Shown here in pieces: positions 9,251 to 17,585 of a stretch of DNA of 64,000 nt. The DNA is from Xanthobacteraceae bacterium. GTDB lineage: Bacteria; Pseudomonadota; Alphaproteobacteria; Rhizobiales; Xanthobacteraceae. Position 1 is the stretch's first letter, and each line of letters begins with the position of its first letter. The position numbers and the translations under genes are program-made. The DNA is taken from NCBI GenBank assembly GCA_022844485.1, contig JALHLQ010000003.1, positions 41,921 through 105,920 of the forward strand, read 5' to 3'. The notes below the pieces were generated by a model, which saw nothing but the letters and a program-made list of their open reading frames with translations, searched no databases and had not been told where the DNA came from.

Positions 9251-10472
9251 CCTGAGCGGTGGCACCGGCCGACATGACCAAGAAGGCAAACGCGTGAATG
9301 TGTCCGGAGTGGAAGAAGAAACCTCCCGGCAGCAGCATTGCCAGCACGCAAATCACGACCGTCCGGTCGACCAGACTTTTCGTCTTCACGAATTCGCCGA
9401 CAAACAGCCGGATGTAGATGATCATGAATACGAGCAACATGAACCCGATTCTGAAGAATTCCCCCAACAACCCGACGTCGTTGATCCAAAAGTAAGGACC
9501 GTAGAGGCGCTTGAATCCGCCATCGAACATGACCGACAGAGCACCGAGACCGAAATAATAGTTTTCGGCCAGGAGGCGAAGGGCGATTTGGGCGGTTTGA
9601 GCCCTGATATTGTCGTCCAAACTGACGCTGTCGCCGCCTCGCAGCACGTAGTCAAAGACAGATCCGATCGGGTCTTTATCGAATCCCACCATCAATAAAC
9701 CCACCGCCACAGCGCCCGCTGCAGCGGCCCGGACGGTCACAGCCGGACGAAGTACGAGCACCGCAAGACCTGCAACGAGCAATGCGAGAAGCGTCAGACT
9801 GCGCGTTTGCGCGATGAGCAGCAGCCCTGTCAACCCGATGAGCATCGGGACAGCATGCGCAATGGACCTCTTGCACGCCAGGCTCACCGTCCCGTAGAGG
9901 AAAGCGATTGCAAAGCAATCCCCGGGCGACGTAATCCGCAGCTTGCGCGGGTCTAAATCGGGAATGTTCGGACGCGTGAGCAGGCGATCGCTCGCAACGG
10001 CTTGAATGAGAAGGCTGAGTACCAGGTAAATCGCAGCGCACCAGAGCAACGCGCGGAAGACGTCGTCGGCGTCGAGCTCGTATCGACGCCGGATTCCATC
10101 GAACACGAACCAGAACAGAAACGAGAGTGCCTTACGATTCTCCGCCAATCCGTAGATGATCGGCTGCTTGTAGTTGATCCAGGCGAAGAACGTGCTCAGA
10201 AAAACGAGAGCGAGCGGGGTTGTAAAGAAGAAGAGGTCCAAAGCCGTAAGGCTCCGCTGCCGCATCCGAGCGAGCACGACAACGGTGGAATAGAGTAACA
10301 GCAGGCCATACGTGCTCTCCAGGAAGTAACGGAAGGCGAGGGGATGGTTGTCGAAAGAGAAGTTGGTGGCAAAGAAGAATTGAAACGCGAGGCCGAATGC
10401 CAATGTGAGAGCAACCGTGCCGCGGACTTGCCGGGCCGATGTTCGAAGGGCTGGCGATTTCGCACGCGGCAT
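9120..10472 (-). CDS. O-antigen ligase/polymerase (Wzy)-like multi-pass membrane protein
   Basis: About 10-12 TM helices with one large loop, located in an EPS locus that has Wzx, PCP and OPX genes. The start is uncertain (ATG 10472 or GTG 10514). The 3' end overlaps the HAD gene by 131 bp. Confidence 0.55.
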   Translation of the reverse strand: MPRAKSPALRTSARQVRGTVALTLAFGLAFQFFFATNFSFDNHPLAFRYFLESTYGLLLLYSTVVVLARMRQRSLTALDLFFFTTPLALVFLSTFFAWINYKQPIIYGLAENRKALSFLFWFVFDGIRRRYELDADDVFRALLWCAAIYLVLSLLIQAVASDRLLTRPNIPDLDPRKLRITSPGDCFAIAFLYGTVSLACKRSIAHAVPMLIGLTGLLLIAQTRSLTLLALLVAGLAVLVLRPAVTVRAAAAGAVAVGLLMVGFDKDPIGSVFDYVLRGGDSVSLDDNIRAQTAQIALRLLAENYYFGLGALSVMFDGGFKRLYGPYFWINDVGLLGEFFRIGFMLLVFMIIYIRLFVGEFVKTKSLVDRTVVICVLAMLLPGGFFFHSGHIHAFAFLVMSAGATAQVRRRFDGGRREPTMSLRAGQGAGGTVRPYRSEMYRQSDAAAST

Positions 10473-10561
10473 CGAATGGATGTTCGATCCGCGATGGCCT
10501 GCCTCCAATTGCACGCTACTCGGTCTCGAAGATGAACGGACTCATCGAGGACTCCTGCGAC

Positions 10562-11701
10562 CTATCGTGTGCGTTGTTGCCGGTTGCGCTCAAAATACGG
10601 GAGTAGAACCTCCATTTGCGGACGGTCCTGACCGTTTACGGGCTGTAGCGAATAGTAGTAATCGCCCCACCAAGGCCCGGCGGCCCACCAGGTCCAACCG
10701 AGCCAGACGTCACTGTTGTTTTCGATGAATTCCAACATCGTCTTCCCCTCGGTCATGTCGTGCGGCGTTCCCAGAAACGCGAACTCGCCGAGGAAGAGCT
10801 TGAATCCTTTGGAGCGTGCCCAGCGCGTGACTTGCGAGAGCACCGTCGCGCCTGATCCGGGAACTGCAGGCCCGCCGAAGCTCGTCGGCGGCGCATCGAG
10901 ATACTGATGCACTTCGAAGGCAAAGTTATTTCCGGGATCGTGAAAGCCCGCCATAACGGCCGCGTTGTCGGTGCTTACGAAATCCTTGGCGCCGCCCCAG
11001 TGGTTTCCCATGACGAGGATCTTGTTGGTCGCGCCGGTATCGCGGATCGCCTTTGCCGCGACATTGGCGCTGCGCAGCCATTGCCGCGTCGGCATTTCGT
11101 GCGGTTCGTTCATCAGGCCGAACCAGACCAGCGGATTGCCCTTGAATTCATTGGCGAGACGCCGCCACACGTCGGCAAAGGCATCATCCGGGAGCGACGG
11201 AGTACCAAGAAGGTCGACGACGACCTTGTCTTTGGTCACTGTCTTGCGACGTGCATAATTGTGAAGGTCGAGGATGGCCACAAGGCCGCGGCCCGTGATC
11301 TCATCGACCAAACCGCGAATGTCTCCGAGATACTCCGCGTCAAGCGGTCCGCGCAACGCGTGCTGCAGCCGCTCCCACCGGAAATCGAGCCGGATGACCG
11401 TCGCCCCCTTATCTGCGAAGTAGGCCACGTCTTCGGCGCTGGGCACCACGTAATTGACAAACCGCTTGCCGGGAAAGGCATTGTCGCCGAAGCCGAGGCC
11501 TGCAAGGTTGACTCCGTAAAGTTGCGTCGGTCGGCCCGGCGCAGAACCAGGTACCGGCCCGACACGCGCTGCCTTCGAAGGTCCGTCAGCCGAATCCAGG
11601 CGTTCGTGTTGAGGCGCACCCCCCGAGGAGGCAGAAGCGGCCATCCCCGGGACCGTCTGCAAGACCATCGTAAAGGCAACGAGCCCGATCAGCGCTTTCA
11701 T
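10562..11701 (-). CDS. Secreted glycoside hydrolase family 5 (endoglucanase-like EPS glycanase)
   Basis: ATG at 11701. Sec signal peptide MKALIGLVAFTMVLQTVPGMAASA. GH5 catalytic motifs FGLMNEPH (acid/base) and FLGEFA (nucleophile). Confidence 0.85.
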   Translation of the reverse strand: MKALIGLVAFTMVLQTVPGMAASASSGGAPQHERLDSADGPSKAARVGPVPGSAPGRPTQLYGVNLAGLGFGDNAFPGKRFVNYVVPSAEDVAYFADKGATVIRLDFRWERLQHALRGPLDAEYLGDIRGLVDEITGRGLVAILDLHNYARRKTVTKDKVVVDLLGTPSLPDDAFADVWRRLANEFKGNPLVWFGLMNEPHEMPTRQWLRSANVAAKAIRDTGATNKILVMGNHWGGAKDFVSTDNAAVMAGFHDPGNNFAFEVHQYLDAPPTSFGGPAVPGSGATVLSQVTRWARSKGFKLFLGEFAFLGTPHDMTEGKTMLEFIENNSDVWLGWTWWAAGPWWGDYYYSLQPVNGQDRPQMEVLLPYFERNRQQRTR

Positions 11702-11831
11702 AACCACGCTCAGGTTGGGTACTTGGCCAGCCCGCCCACACCGTTGCTATAAGAACGTCTAAGGGCTGATTGTTCCTGCCGGGGCCGGCTGCCGGACCAC
11801 GCCTTCGCCCGCGGAACCGGACGGAGAGAAA

Positions 11832-11860
11832 GGGGGCCGCCGTGCGGCAGCCCCCCTTTT
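11832..11860 (-). terminator. GC-rich hairpin flanked by A and T runs downstream of the RTX-GH5 gene
   Basis: aaa-gggggccgcc-gtgc-ggcagccccc-ctttt, a 10-bp stem with one mismatch, about 30 nt after the stop at 11887. On the minus strand it is followed by UUUCUCUC. Confidence 0.4.
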
Positions 11861-11886
11861 GACAGCGACGTTGTGAGGACGAGGCT

Positions 11887-14037
11887 TCAGAGCGAGAACG
11901 CGTTGTGCTCGCCGAAGAGCCCGTTCACTTCGAGGCGGAAGTCGGCCGCGGTATCCTGGTCGACATTGGCCTCGATGATCGTCTGGTTGTGGGCCGCGTC
12001 TTGAATGACGCGCAACTGACCCGCGGCGGTGAAAACCGCCGCTCCGGTCAGGACGAAGGCCTGATCTCCGGCCACAGCCGTATCGGCGTCCATCTGACTG
12101 AGATCGATGATGTCGCCCGTCTGAAAATCGCGAATGAGATCGGGTGCCGCAACTTTCGAGTCGGTGAAGGCGGTGAAGACAAACCGGTCGTCGCCAGCCC
12201 CGCCCCACAGGAGGTCTCGACCTGCTCCGCCGAGGATAAGGTCCGCCCCGTCGTCGCCAAAAATCTCGTCGCTGCCGTCTCCTCCGATGAGTTGGTCACT
12301 GCCGTGTCCGCCATGGAGTCTGTCATCGCCAGCAGCACCATCGAGCCGATCATGTCCCCGACCGCCCTGCAGAATGTCAGAACCAGCGCCTCCGGCCAGA
12401 ACCACATCACTGCCTGCCGCGTCCACCGAGGGTACACTCGCTGGAGGCGGCGGATTGGACGGGGCCTCGTTGCCGGGAGCGGTTGGCGGCGACCCGGTCG
12501 TTGGCCCGGGCGGCAGAGCGGAGGGCGGCTCGCTGACGGGGGGTGTGGGAGCCGCCGGCGGCAAGTTGGCAGCGACATCCGTCACCCAATTCGATACGAC
12601 GTGAGAATCGACTTTCAGCCCGCCGGTCGCATTGCTGACGAAAATGTCGGTCTGCTCTTGTTTGCCCTCCCACCAGGGGCCCTGATCAGTTGCCTCTGCG
12701 GAGCCGTCGAGCGCAACGTCGCGTTTGATGGTGAACGAATAGGTCCCTTCCGCAAGGGTGACGGTGACCTTGCGCGGGTCGACGCTTTGAAACGACACGC
12801 CATCCGGCAGGTCCGCGGCGGCAAGGTCGGAAGCCATGCTGTGCGCGAAGTCGGCGGCGTCCAGCGAATTGGCGTGCCAGAGGTCGAAGGTCTGCCCCTG
12901 GACGGCATTCTTGACCTCGATCGTCACTCCCATCGTCTCGCCTTCTTTCAGGACCTCGCCGGTGCCGGAGGCGCGCGAGATGGAGACGGAGGACGCGTCG
13001 GCGGCCGGCGGCGTTGCGGGTCCCAGCCCGGGGTTCGGCGTCGAGCCGGGAGGGCTCGTCGGTGGCGGATTCGGATTGGGCGTGAATTGGCCCGGAACCG
13101 GTGTCGATGGATCGAGATCGTAACGTTCGAGAACGTCCATCTGCGGCTTGTCGACCGGCGCGTTCAGATCGTCCGGCTCGACCGAGTAGATGTAGTCGCC
13201 GAGCCACGGCCCGCCGGCCCAGTAGGTCGCCCCGTGCCAGACGTCCGCATTTTGCTCCATGTACATGAGCATGTTGTCGAGCGCTTCCAGGCTGGCGCTG
13301 TCTTCCGCGACGCCGAACTCGCCCAGGAAAAGCTTGTGACCTTTGTCGCGCGCCCACTCCGTCGCTTCGGTCAGCCGCTCGACGCCGATCATCGGATGCG
13401 CGATGTGGTCTGTCGTGCCGTCGATCTGATCGAGATACTGATGCACCTCGAAGGAGTAATTGTTGAGCGGGTCGACCACCCCTTCCCCGATCACCGTGTC
13501 GTTGTCCGAGGAGACCCACGACCAAGCACCGTCCCAGTAGGTCCCCGGCACCAGGATATGCTGCGGGGCGCCTGTCTCCCGGATGGCCGCAACCGCGGCG
13601 TTCACCGAGCTGATCCATTGCTGCGCCGTTTGATCGTGGGGCTCATTCATCAATCCAAAAACGACATTGGAGTCGTTCTTGAAATGGTCCGCGATCTTCC
13701 CCCAGAAGTCCGCAAAGGCAGAATCCGGCAACTCTGGGCTACCAACCATCTTTTCATAGGAATAGCCGAAATTGTGCGGATCAAGAATCACCTTCATACC
13801 TTTGGTCGCCGCGTAATCGACGACCTGATCGATGAGGGCAATCTCGGCGGAGTCGAGTGACCCGTACGCCTCCCGTTGCGCGCGCTCCCATTTGAATGGA
13901 AGCCGGATGCTGTCCATTCCCTTCGACGCGTAGTAGTCGATCATATCCGTGGACGGAAACTGGTAGTTCGTCCCGTGCACGCCCGAACCGTTTTCGCCAA
14001 ATCCACTGGCCGCGAGATTGATCCCCATCCCAATCAT
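11887..14037 (-). CDS. GH5 glycanase fused to a Calx-beta-like domain and C-terminal RTX Ca2+-binding repeats (type I secretion substrate)
   Basis: ATG at 14037, with GGAG 9 nt upstream. No signal peptide. GH5 motifs FGLMNEPH and FLGEFG, with Pro-rich linkers. The middle domain ends IFVSNATGGLKVD. Eight GGxGxD nonapeptides (GGAGSDILQGGRGHDRLDGAAGDDRLHGGHGSD...) are encoded at about 12175-12399. Confidence 0.85.
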   Translation of the reverse strand: MIGMGINLAASGFGENGSGVHGTNYQFPSTDMIDYYASKGMDSIRLPFKWERAQREAYGSLDSAEIALIDQVVDYAATKGMKVILDPHNFGYSYEKMVGSPELPDSAFADFWGKIADHFKNDSNVVFGLMNEPHDQTAQQWISSVNAAVAAIRETGAPQHILVPGTYWDGAWSWVSSDNDTVIGEGVVDPLNNYSFEVHQYLDQIDGTTDHIAHPMIGVERLTEATEWARDKGHKLFLGEFGVAEDSASLEALDNMLMYMEQNADVWHGATYWAGGPWLGDYIYSVEPDDLNAPVDKPQMDVLERYDLDPSTPVPGQFTPNPNPPPTSPPGSTPNPGLGPATPPAADASSVSISRASGTGEVLKEGETMGVTIEVKNAVQGQTFDLWHANSLDAADFAHSMASDLAAADLPDGVSFQSVDPRKVTVTLAEGTYSFTIKRDVALDGSAEATDQGPWWEGKQEQTDIFVSNATGGLKVDSHVVSNWVTDVAANLPPAAPTPPVSEPPSALPPGPTTGSPPTAPGNEAPSNPPPPASVPSVDAAGSDVVLAGGAGSDILQGGRGHDRLDGAAGDDRLHGGHGSDQLIGGDGSDEIFGDDGADLILGGAGRDLLWGGAGDDRFVFTAFTDSKVAAPDLIRDFQTGDIIDLSQMDADTAVAGDQAFVLTGAAVFTAAGQLRVIQDAAHNQTIIEANVDQDTAADFRLEVNGLFGEHNAFSL

Positions 14038-14504
14038 GATGTCTTGCTCCACTCTTTACGCTGAACACAACACGAGAATGCAATCTGCCGAAAGCGACTG
14101 ATTGCAGAACTGCGGGTGCGTGTGCCACCCCAAAACAGCGGAAAGATGCAGGGCCTGGGGCGAGATTGAGGCGGAGAGGCTGTCCAAGTTCGAATTCCGG
14201 GATGAGCCGCAGTGCAGGCCACAATACGATCCGACAAGTATTCGTGACCCGGCTAACGAGCAGGAGCGCATGGCACAGCAAGGTCGCCCGCGACTCCTCG
14301 GAATAGGCAGTCCTCGGCACAAGTTGGCACAGAGGCCCCCCTGGAACTCAACTCAATGCACTCGCGGCCTGAACTGCGGGGGCCATGCAACAATGCAGCG
14401 GCGGCCGCGTTATTCGAGCAGGTTGGGGCTGTTTTCCTCGTGCGGGGAGATGGAGTTCCATGCCGAAGACACCGCAGCCGCTTCAGTGAGAGACGAATTG
14501 GGGC

Positions 14505-16079
14505 GTGCTCGGCTCGCGAAACCCCGCTAATGTATTTGCGATCATCGTGCCGCGCACCGTTCTCAACACAATCGCAAACGGACTTGGCCTTGGCGCCAAC
14601 GCGACCTTTGGCGTCCTCTTTACAGCGATTTACTTTCGTCTGCTGGGAGGCGAACATTACGGCCTGGTCGGCTTCTGCCTCACGCTCCTTCTCGCGAGCG
14701 ACTTCTTCGCCGCCATGGGCCTCGGCCGCGCTACCGTGCGCGAGCTGGCTCGGCGGGAGCACTCTGCATCGCTCGCGCAAGAGATGCGCGACGCCCTTCT
14801 CACCTTGCAACTCATCCATGTCGGGCTTGCGCTCGTCTGCGGTCTCGTTCTCATCATCGCTTCGGGCTGGATTGCCGAGCATTGGTTAAGACGGGACGAG
14901 GTTTCTCTTGAGCAGGCGCGGACCAGCATCCTCCTGCTCGGAGTGCTTGTGGCTTGTCAGCTGCCGCGCGAGATCTGCCGGGCCGCGCTGACCGGGCTAC
15001 AGCGCCAGGTCTTGGTGAATATGCTCGGCGCAAGCTTCGTCTTGGTGCGCGGGATCTTTACAATCGTAGCGCTTACGACGTTCGGGCGGGATGCGATTGT
15101 CTTTTTGAGCGCGCAAATCTTCGTCTCGATCGTCGAGACATTGTGGTTCGTCGTCGCCGCGTGGCGGCGAATGCCGCCGGGATCCCGTCAGCCGCGCTTC
15201 GACCCGAAGATAGTGAAGGAGACCTGGGCCTTCGCGACGACCGACGGATTAGTGATGATGGCGAGCGCCGCCATGATGCTGGGCGATCAGCTGATACTAA
15301 GCACGATTCTGCCGCTTGATCTCTACGGCGGCTATGTTCTGGTGATCCGGATTACCGACGTTATCGCACGCGGGGCTCTGCCGTTTACCTACGCGTTTTT
15401 TCCCCACCTCACCGATCTGGTTGCGCGAGGCCGGCATGAAGAGCTCGCTCACGATTACCACCGCGTCAGTCAGGTGGCGTCCTCGATTCTCATTCCGTTT
15501 GCGTTCCTCGTTGGGCTGTTTCCGGCTGAAATCCTTCGGCTGATCTCCGGCGACGCCTCCATCACTGCAGCCTTGGCAAGTGTGCTCGTCTTGCGAACGT
15601 TTGGAAACCTGTTCGCCAGCCTGCAATATCTGCCCCAAGTGCTGCAGCTCTCGATGGGCGCGACGCTGCCGGTACTGATAATTACATTAATCGTGGCGCC
15701 GATTTATCTCATCGGCACGATGATGCTGACGCCGATCTACGGCGTGATCGTACCCGCTGCGCTATGGTGTGGGCTGCACGCGGCGACGATCTTTCCGATG
15801 CTGATCATCACGCATCGCATGATCCTGCATGGTCAAGCTTGGGTCTGGACAAAAAAGGCCCTCATCGCCCCCACGCTTATCAGCGTGTGTGTTGTCACGC
15901 TTGGTCGGCTTACTTCTCCAGCGACGATCTCCTGGACGTCAACGACGCTTTGGCTCGCGGCGACAGGACTGTTGACGACGCTGGCGATCCTCTGGGCATC
16001 GCCAGATCTTCGTGCTCTGGCCGGCGCCGGGATTCGCAAGCTGACCCTACGCCGGCAAGTCCGCCGTCGGGCCGATTGA
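14505..16079 (+). CDS. Polysaccharide flippase (Wzx/MOP superfamily), copy 1
   Basis: GTG at 14505, start uncertain. About 12-14 TM helices with the typical N-terminus ...NTIANGLGLGANATFGVLFTAIYFRLLGGEHYGLVG. Confidence 0.8.
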   Translation: MLGSRNPANVFAIIVPRTVLNTIANGLGLGANATFGVLFTAIYFRLLGGEHYGLVGFCLTLLLASDFFAAMGLGRATVRELARREHSASLAQEMRDALLTLQLIHVGLALVCGLVLIIASGWIAEHWLRRDEVSLEQARTSILLLGVLVACQLPREICRAALTGLQRQVLVNMLGASFVLVRGIFTIVALTTFGRDAIVFLSAQIFVSIVETLWFVVAAWRRMPPGSRQPRFDPKIVKETWAFATTDGLVMMASAAMMLGDQLILSTILPLDLYGGYVLVIRITDVIARGALPFTYAFFPHLTDLVARGRHEELAHDYHRVSQVASSILIPFAFLVGLFPAEILRLISGDASITAALASVLVLRTFGNLFASLQYLPQVLQLSMGATLPVLIITLIVAPIYLIGTMMLTPIYGVIVPAALWCGLHAATIFPMLIITHRMILHGQAWVWTKKALIAPTLISVCVVTLGRLTSPATISWTSTTLWLAATGLLTTLAILWASPDLRALAGAGIRKLTLRRQVRRRAD

Positions 16080-16117
16080 TGTTAGCTTGAGCTTTGACGG
16101 CGTCACCGCGACGCCGC

Positions 16118-17116
16118 TCAACCCAAGTTGCTCGCCCCTCGCTCAGCCAAGGAGGTTTTGTTGCCGGCAGACACATCAACACCATCAAAGGAGAAGGAAT
16201 TGAGTTCCGATTTGCGGCTGCTCACGCCCGCCGGGGCACGCGGTTGAGTCGTCGCGCGCAGCGCCATGAGATCGGGATAGCGAAGATGTGTAACGAGCGT
16301 TCCCCCGCCCATGACCGGAATATGGTGGTTCTTCGCTTTCGGTCCCTCCCCGGCCAGATGAACAATCGCCAGTTCGCGGGTGGCATCCGCGGTCAAGAAG
16401 CACTGCCGTTCTGGATCCCATACAGGCGAAGCCATTCCGACAATGTAGTTGAATTCAGATGGCAGGATCTCGACTGGCAAGATGTCCTGATAGACGGCCT
16501 GATTGAAGGCGAACTGGTCGTGGGGGTAGGTTGTCCGGGTTCGCCTTATCGCGGCGAGAGCCCGGTTCTGCCATGCTGACCAGTGGGGGGCGTCAACATG
16601 AATTGCGAACACTCCGACATTGAAATGCGGCTTCCGGTAGAGCCAAAGACCGCGCCCCCAGCCGTAACCCCTGACGAAGGTCTTGAGGACTCGGAAAGCG
16701 TGCCGCCGCCCAATGCGATAATCCGGGTCGATCTCGGCGACCACGGCCGCCGAGTTGTTGACCGCGCCGCTGACGAACTTGTCCAAGGCATCGCCGCGCT
16801 GCAGCCATGCGTCGCAATCCATCCAAACATACACGTCGTATCCCGGGAAGTACTCCGGCATGAAAAGCCGGCTTTCATACGCTTGATTTCCCCACCCCTC
16901 ACGGCAGTGGATGCCGAATTTCGACGTGGGCTGCACGATGAACTCGGCGCGGTCGCGCAAGATCGTCCGCTCGGTCTCGGATAGACCGAAGTCGAAAATC
17001 CCGAGCGGAATGCCTCGCGCGGTGCGATGTTCGCGCAACGAGTCGGTCATCTCCAGTAGAAGCTGAAAATAATCGGAATTGGCCCCCGTCACGATGATGC
17101 TTCGCGGCTGTTTCAT
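16118..17116 (-). CDS. Putative GT-A fold glycosyltransferase (GT8-like, DxD)
   Basis: ATG at 17116 preceded by GAGGAAAC. SIIVTGANSDYFQLLL... and YVWMDCDAW (DxD) resemble nucleotide-diphospho-sugar transferases. Confidence 0.55.
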   Translation of the reverse strand: MKQPRSIIVTGANSDYFQLLLEMTDSLREHRTARGIPLGIFDFGLSETERTILRDRAEFIVQPTSKFGIHCREGWGNQAYESRLFMPEYFPGYDVYVWMDCDAWLQRGDALDKFVSGAVNNSAAVVAEIDPDYRIGRRHAFRVLKTFVRGYGWGRGLWLYRKPHFNVGVFAIHVDAPHWSAWQNRALAAIRRTRTTYPHDQFAFNQAVYQDILPVEILPSEFNYIVGMASPVWDPERQCFLTADATRELAIVHLAGEGPKAKNHHIPVMGGGTLVTHLRYPDLMALRATTQPRAPAGVSSRKSELNSFSFDGVDVSAGNKTSLAERGASNLG

Positions 17117-17132
17117 GTTTCCTCGACGAAGT

Positions 17133-17174
17133 TCCACGATCCTGACACCTCGATCCACGATCCTGACACCTCGA
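17133..17174. repeat. Perfect 2 x 21-bp tandem direct repeat upstream of the GT8-like gene
   Basis: tccacgatcctgacacctcga occurs at 17133-17153 and again at 17154-17174, 17-58 bp upstream of the ATG at 17116. Confidence 0.95.
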
Positions 17175-17585
17175 ATGGATTAAGCCCAGCCAGAGCGAAA
17201 GGCACACGAGCAGCGTTGTGGATTCCACAGACAGGCGTCCCCCCGACTGCACCCTCTCATGCTGTAACCCTGCCCCAACTCAACGTCACAGCACGAAGCA
17301 CCGTTCCAGGTCCGAGGCACGCGTAACCGGATGGGAGGCAAGGGCTGCGACATTGCAACCAAACAGGCCGTCTGGGAGTTTCCGAATGCTGGAATCACTC
17401 TCGTCATGGAAGCTTGTGAAAGCCGCAAGCGTGACTGTTCTTCCGTTGAGCAAAACCTGCTTTTCTGAGTTGCATGCTGGTGAGGGCGAGTACTCGCGCC
17501 AGCCGGCCCGCCAGAGCGATCTGCCTCCAGGCGTGCGGCAGCCCGCCAGTTCCAGCGTTCGGCAGCGGGACGGCGGCAGTGTTTC

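Noticed and set aside
14079-14106. Inverted repeat TGCAATC-N14-GATTGCA in the divergent region between the RTX-GH5 gene and wzx-1, considered as a candidate operator.
   Set aside because: The arms are only 7 bp, the spacing is atypical, and I found no second copy in the locus. It is too likely to occur by chance in about 450 bp to call a regulatory site.
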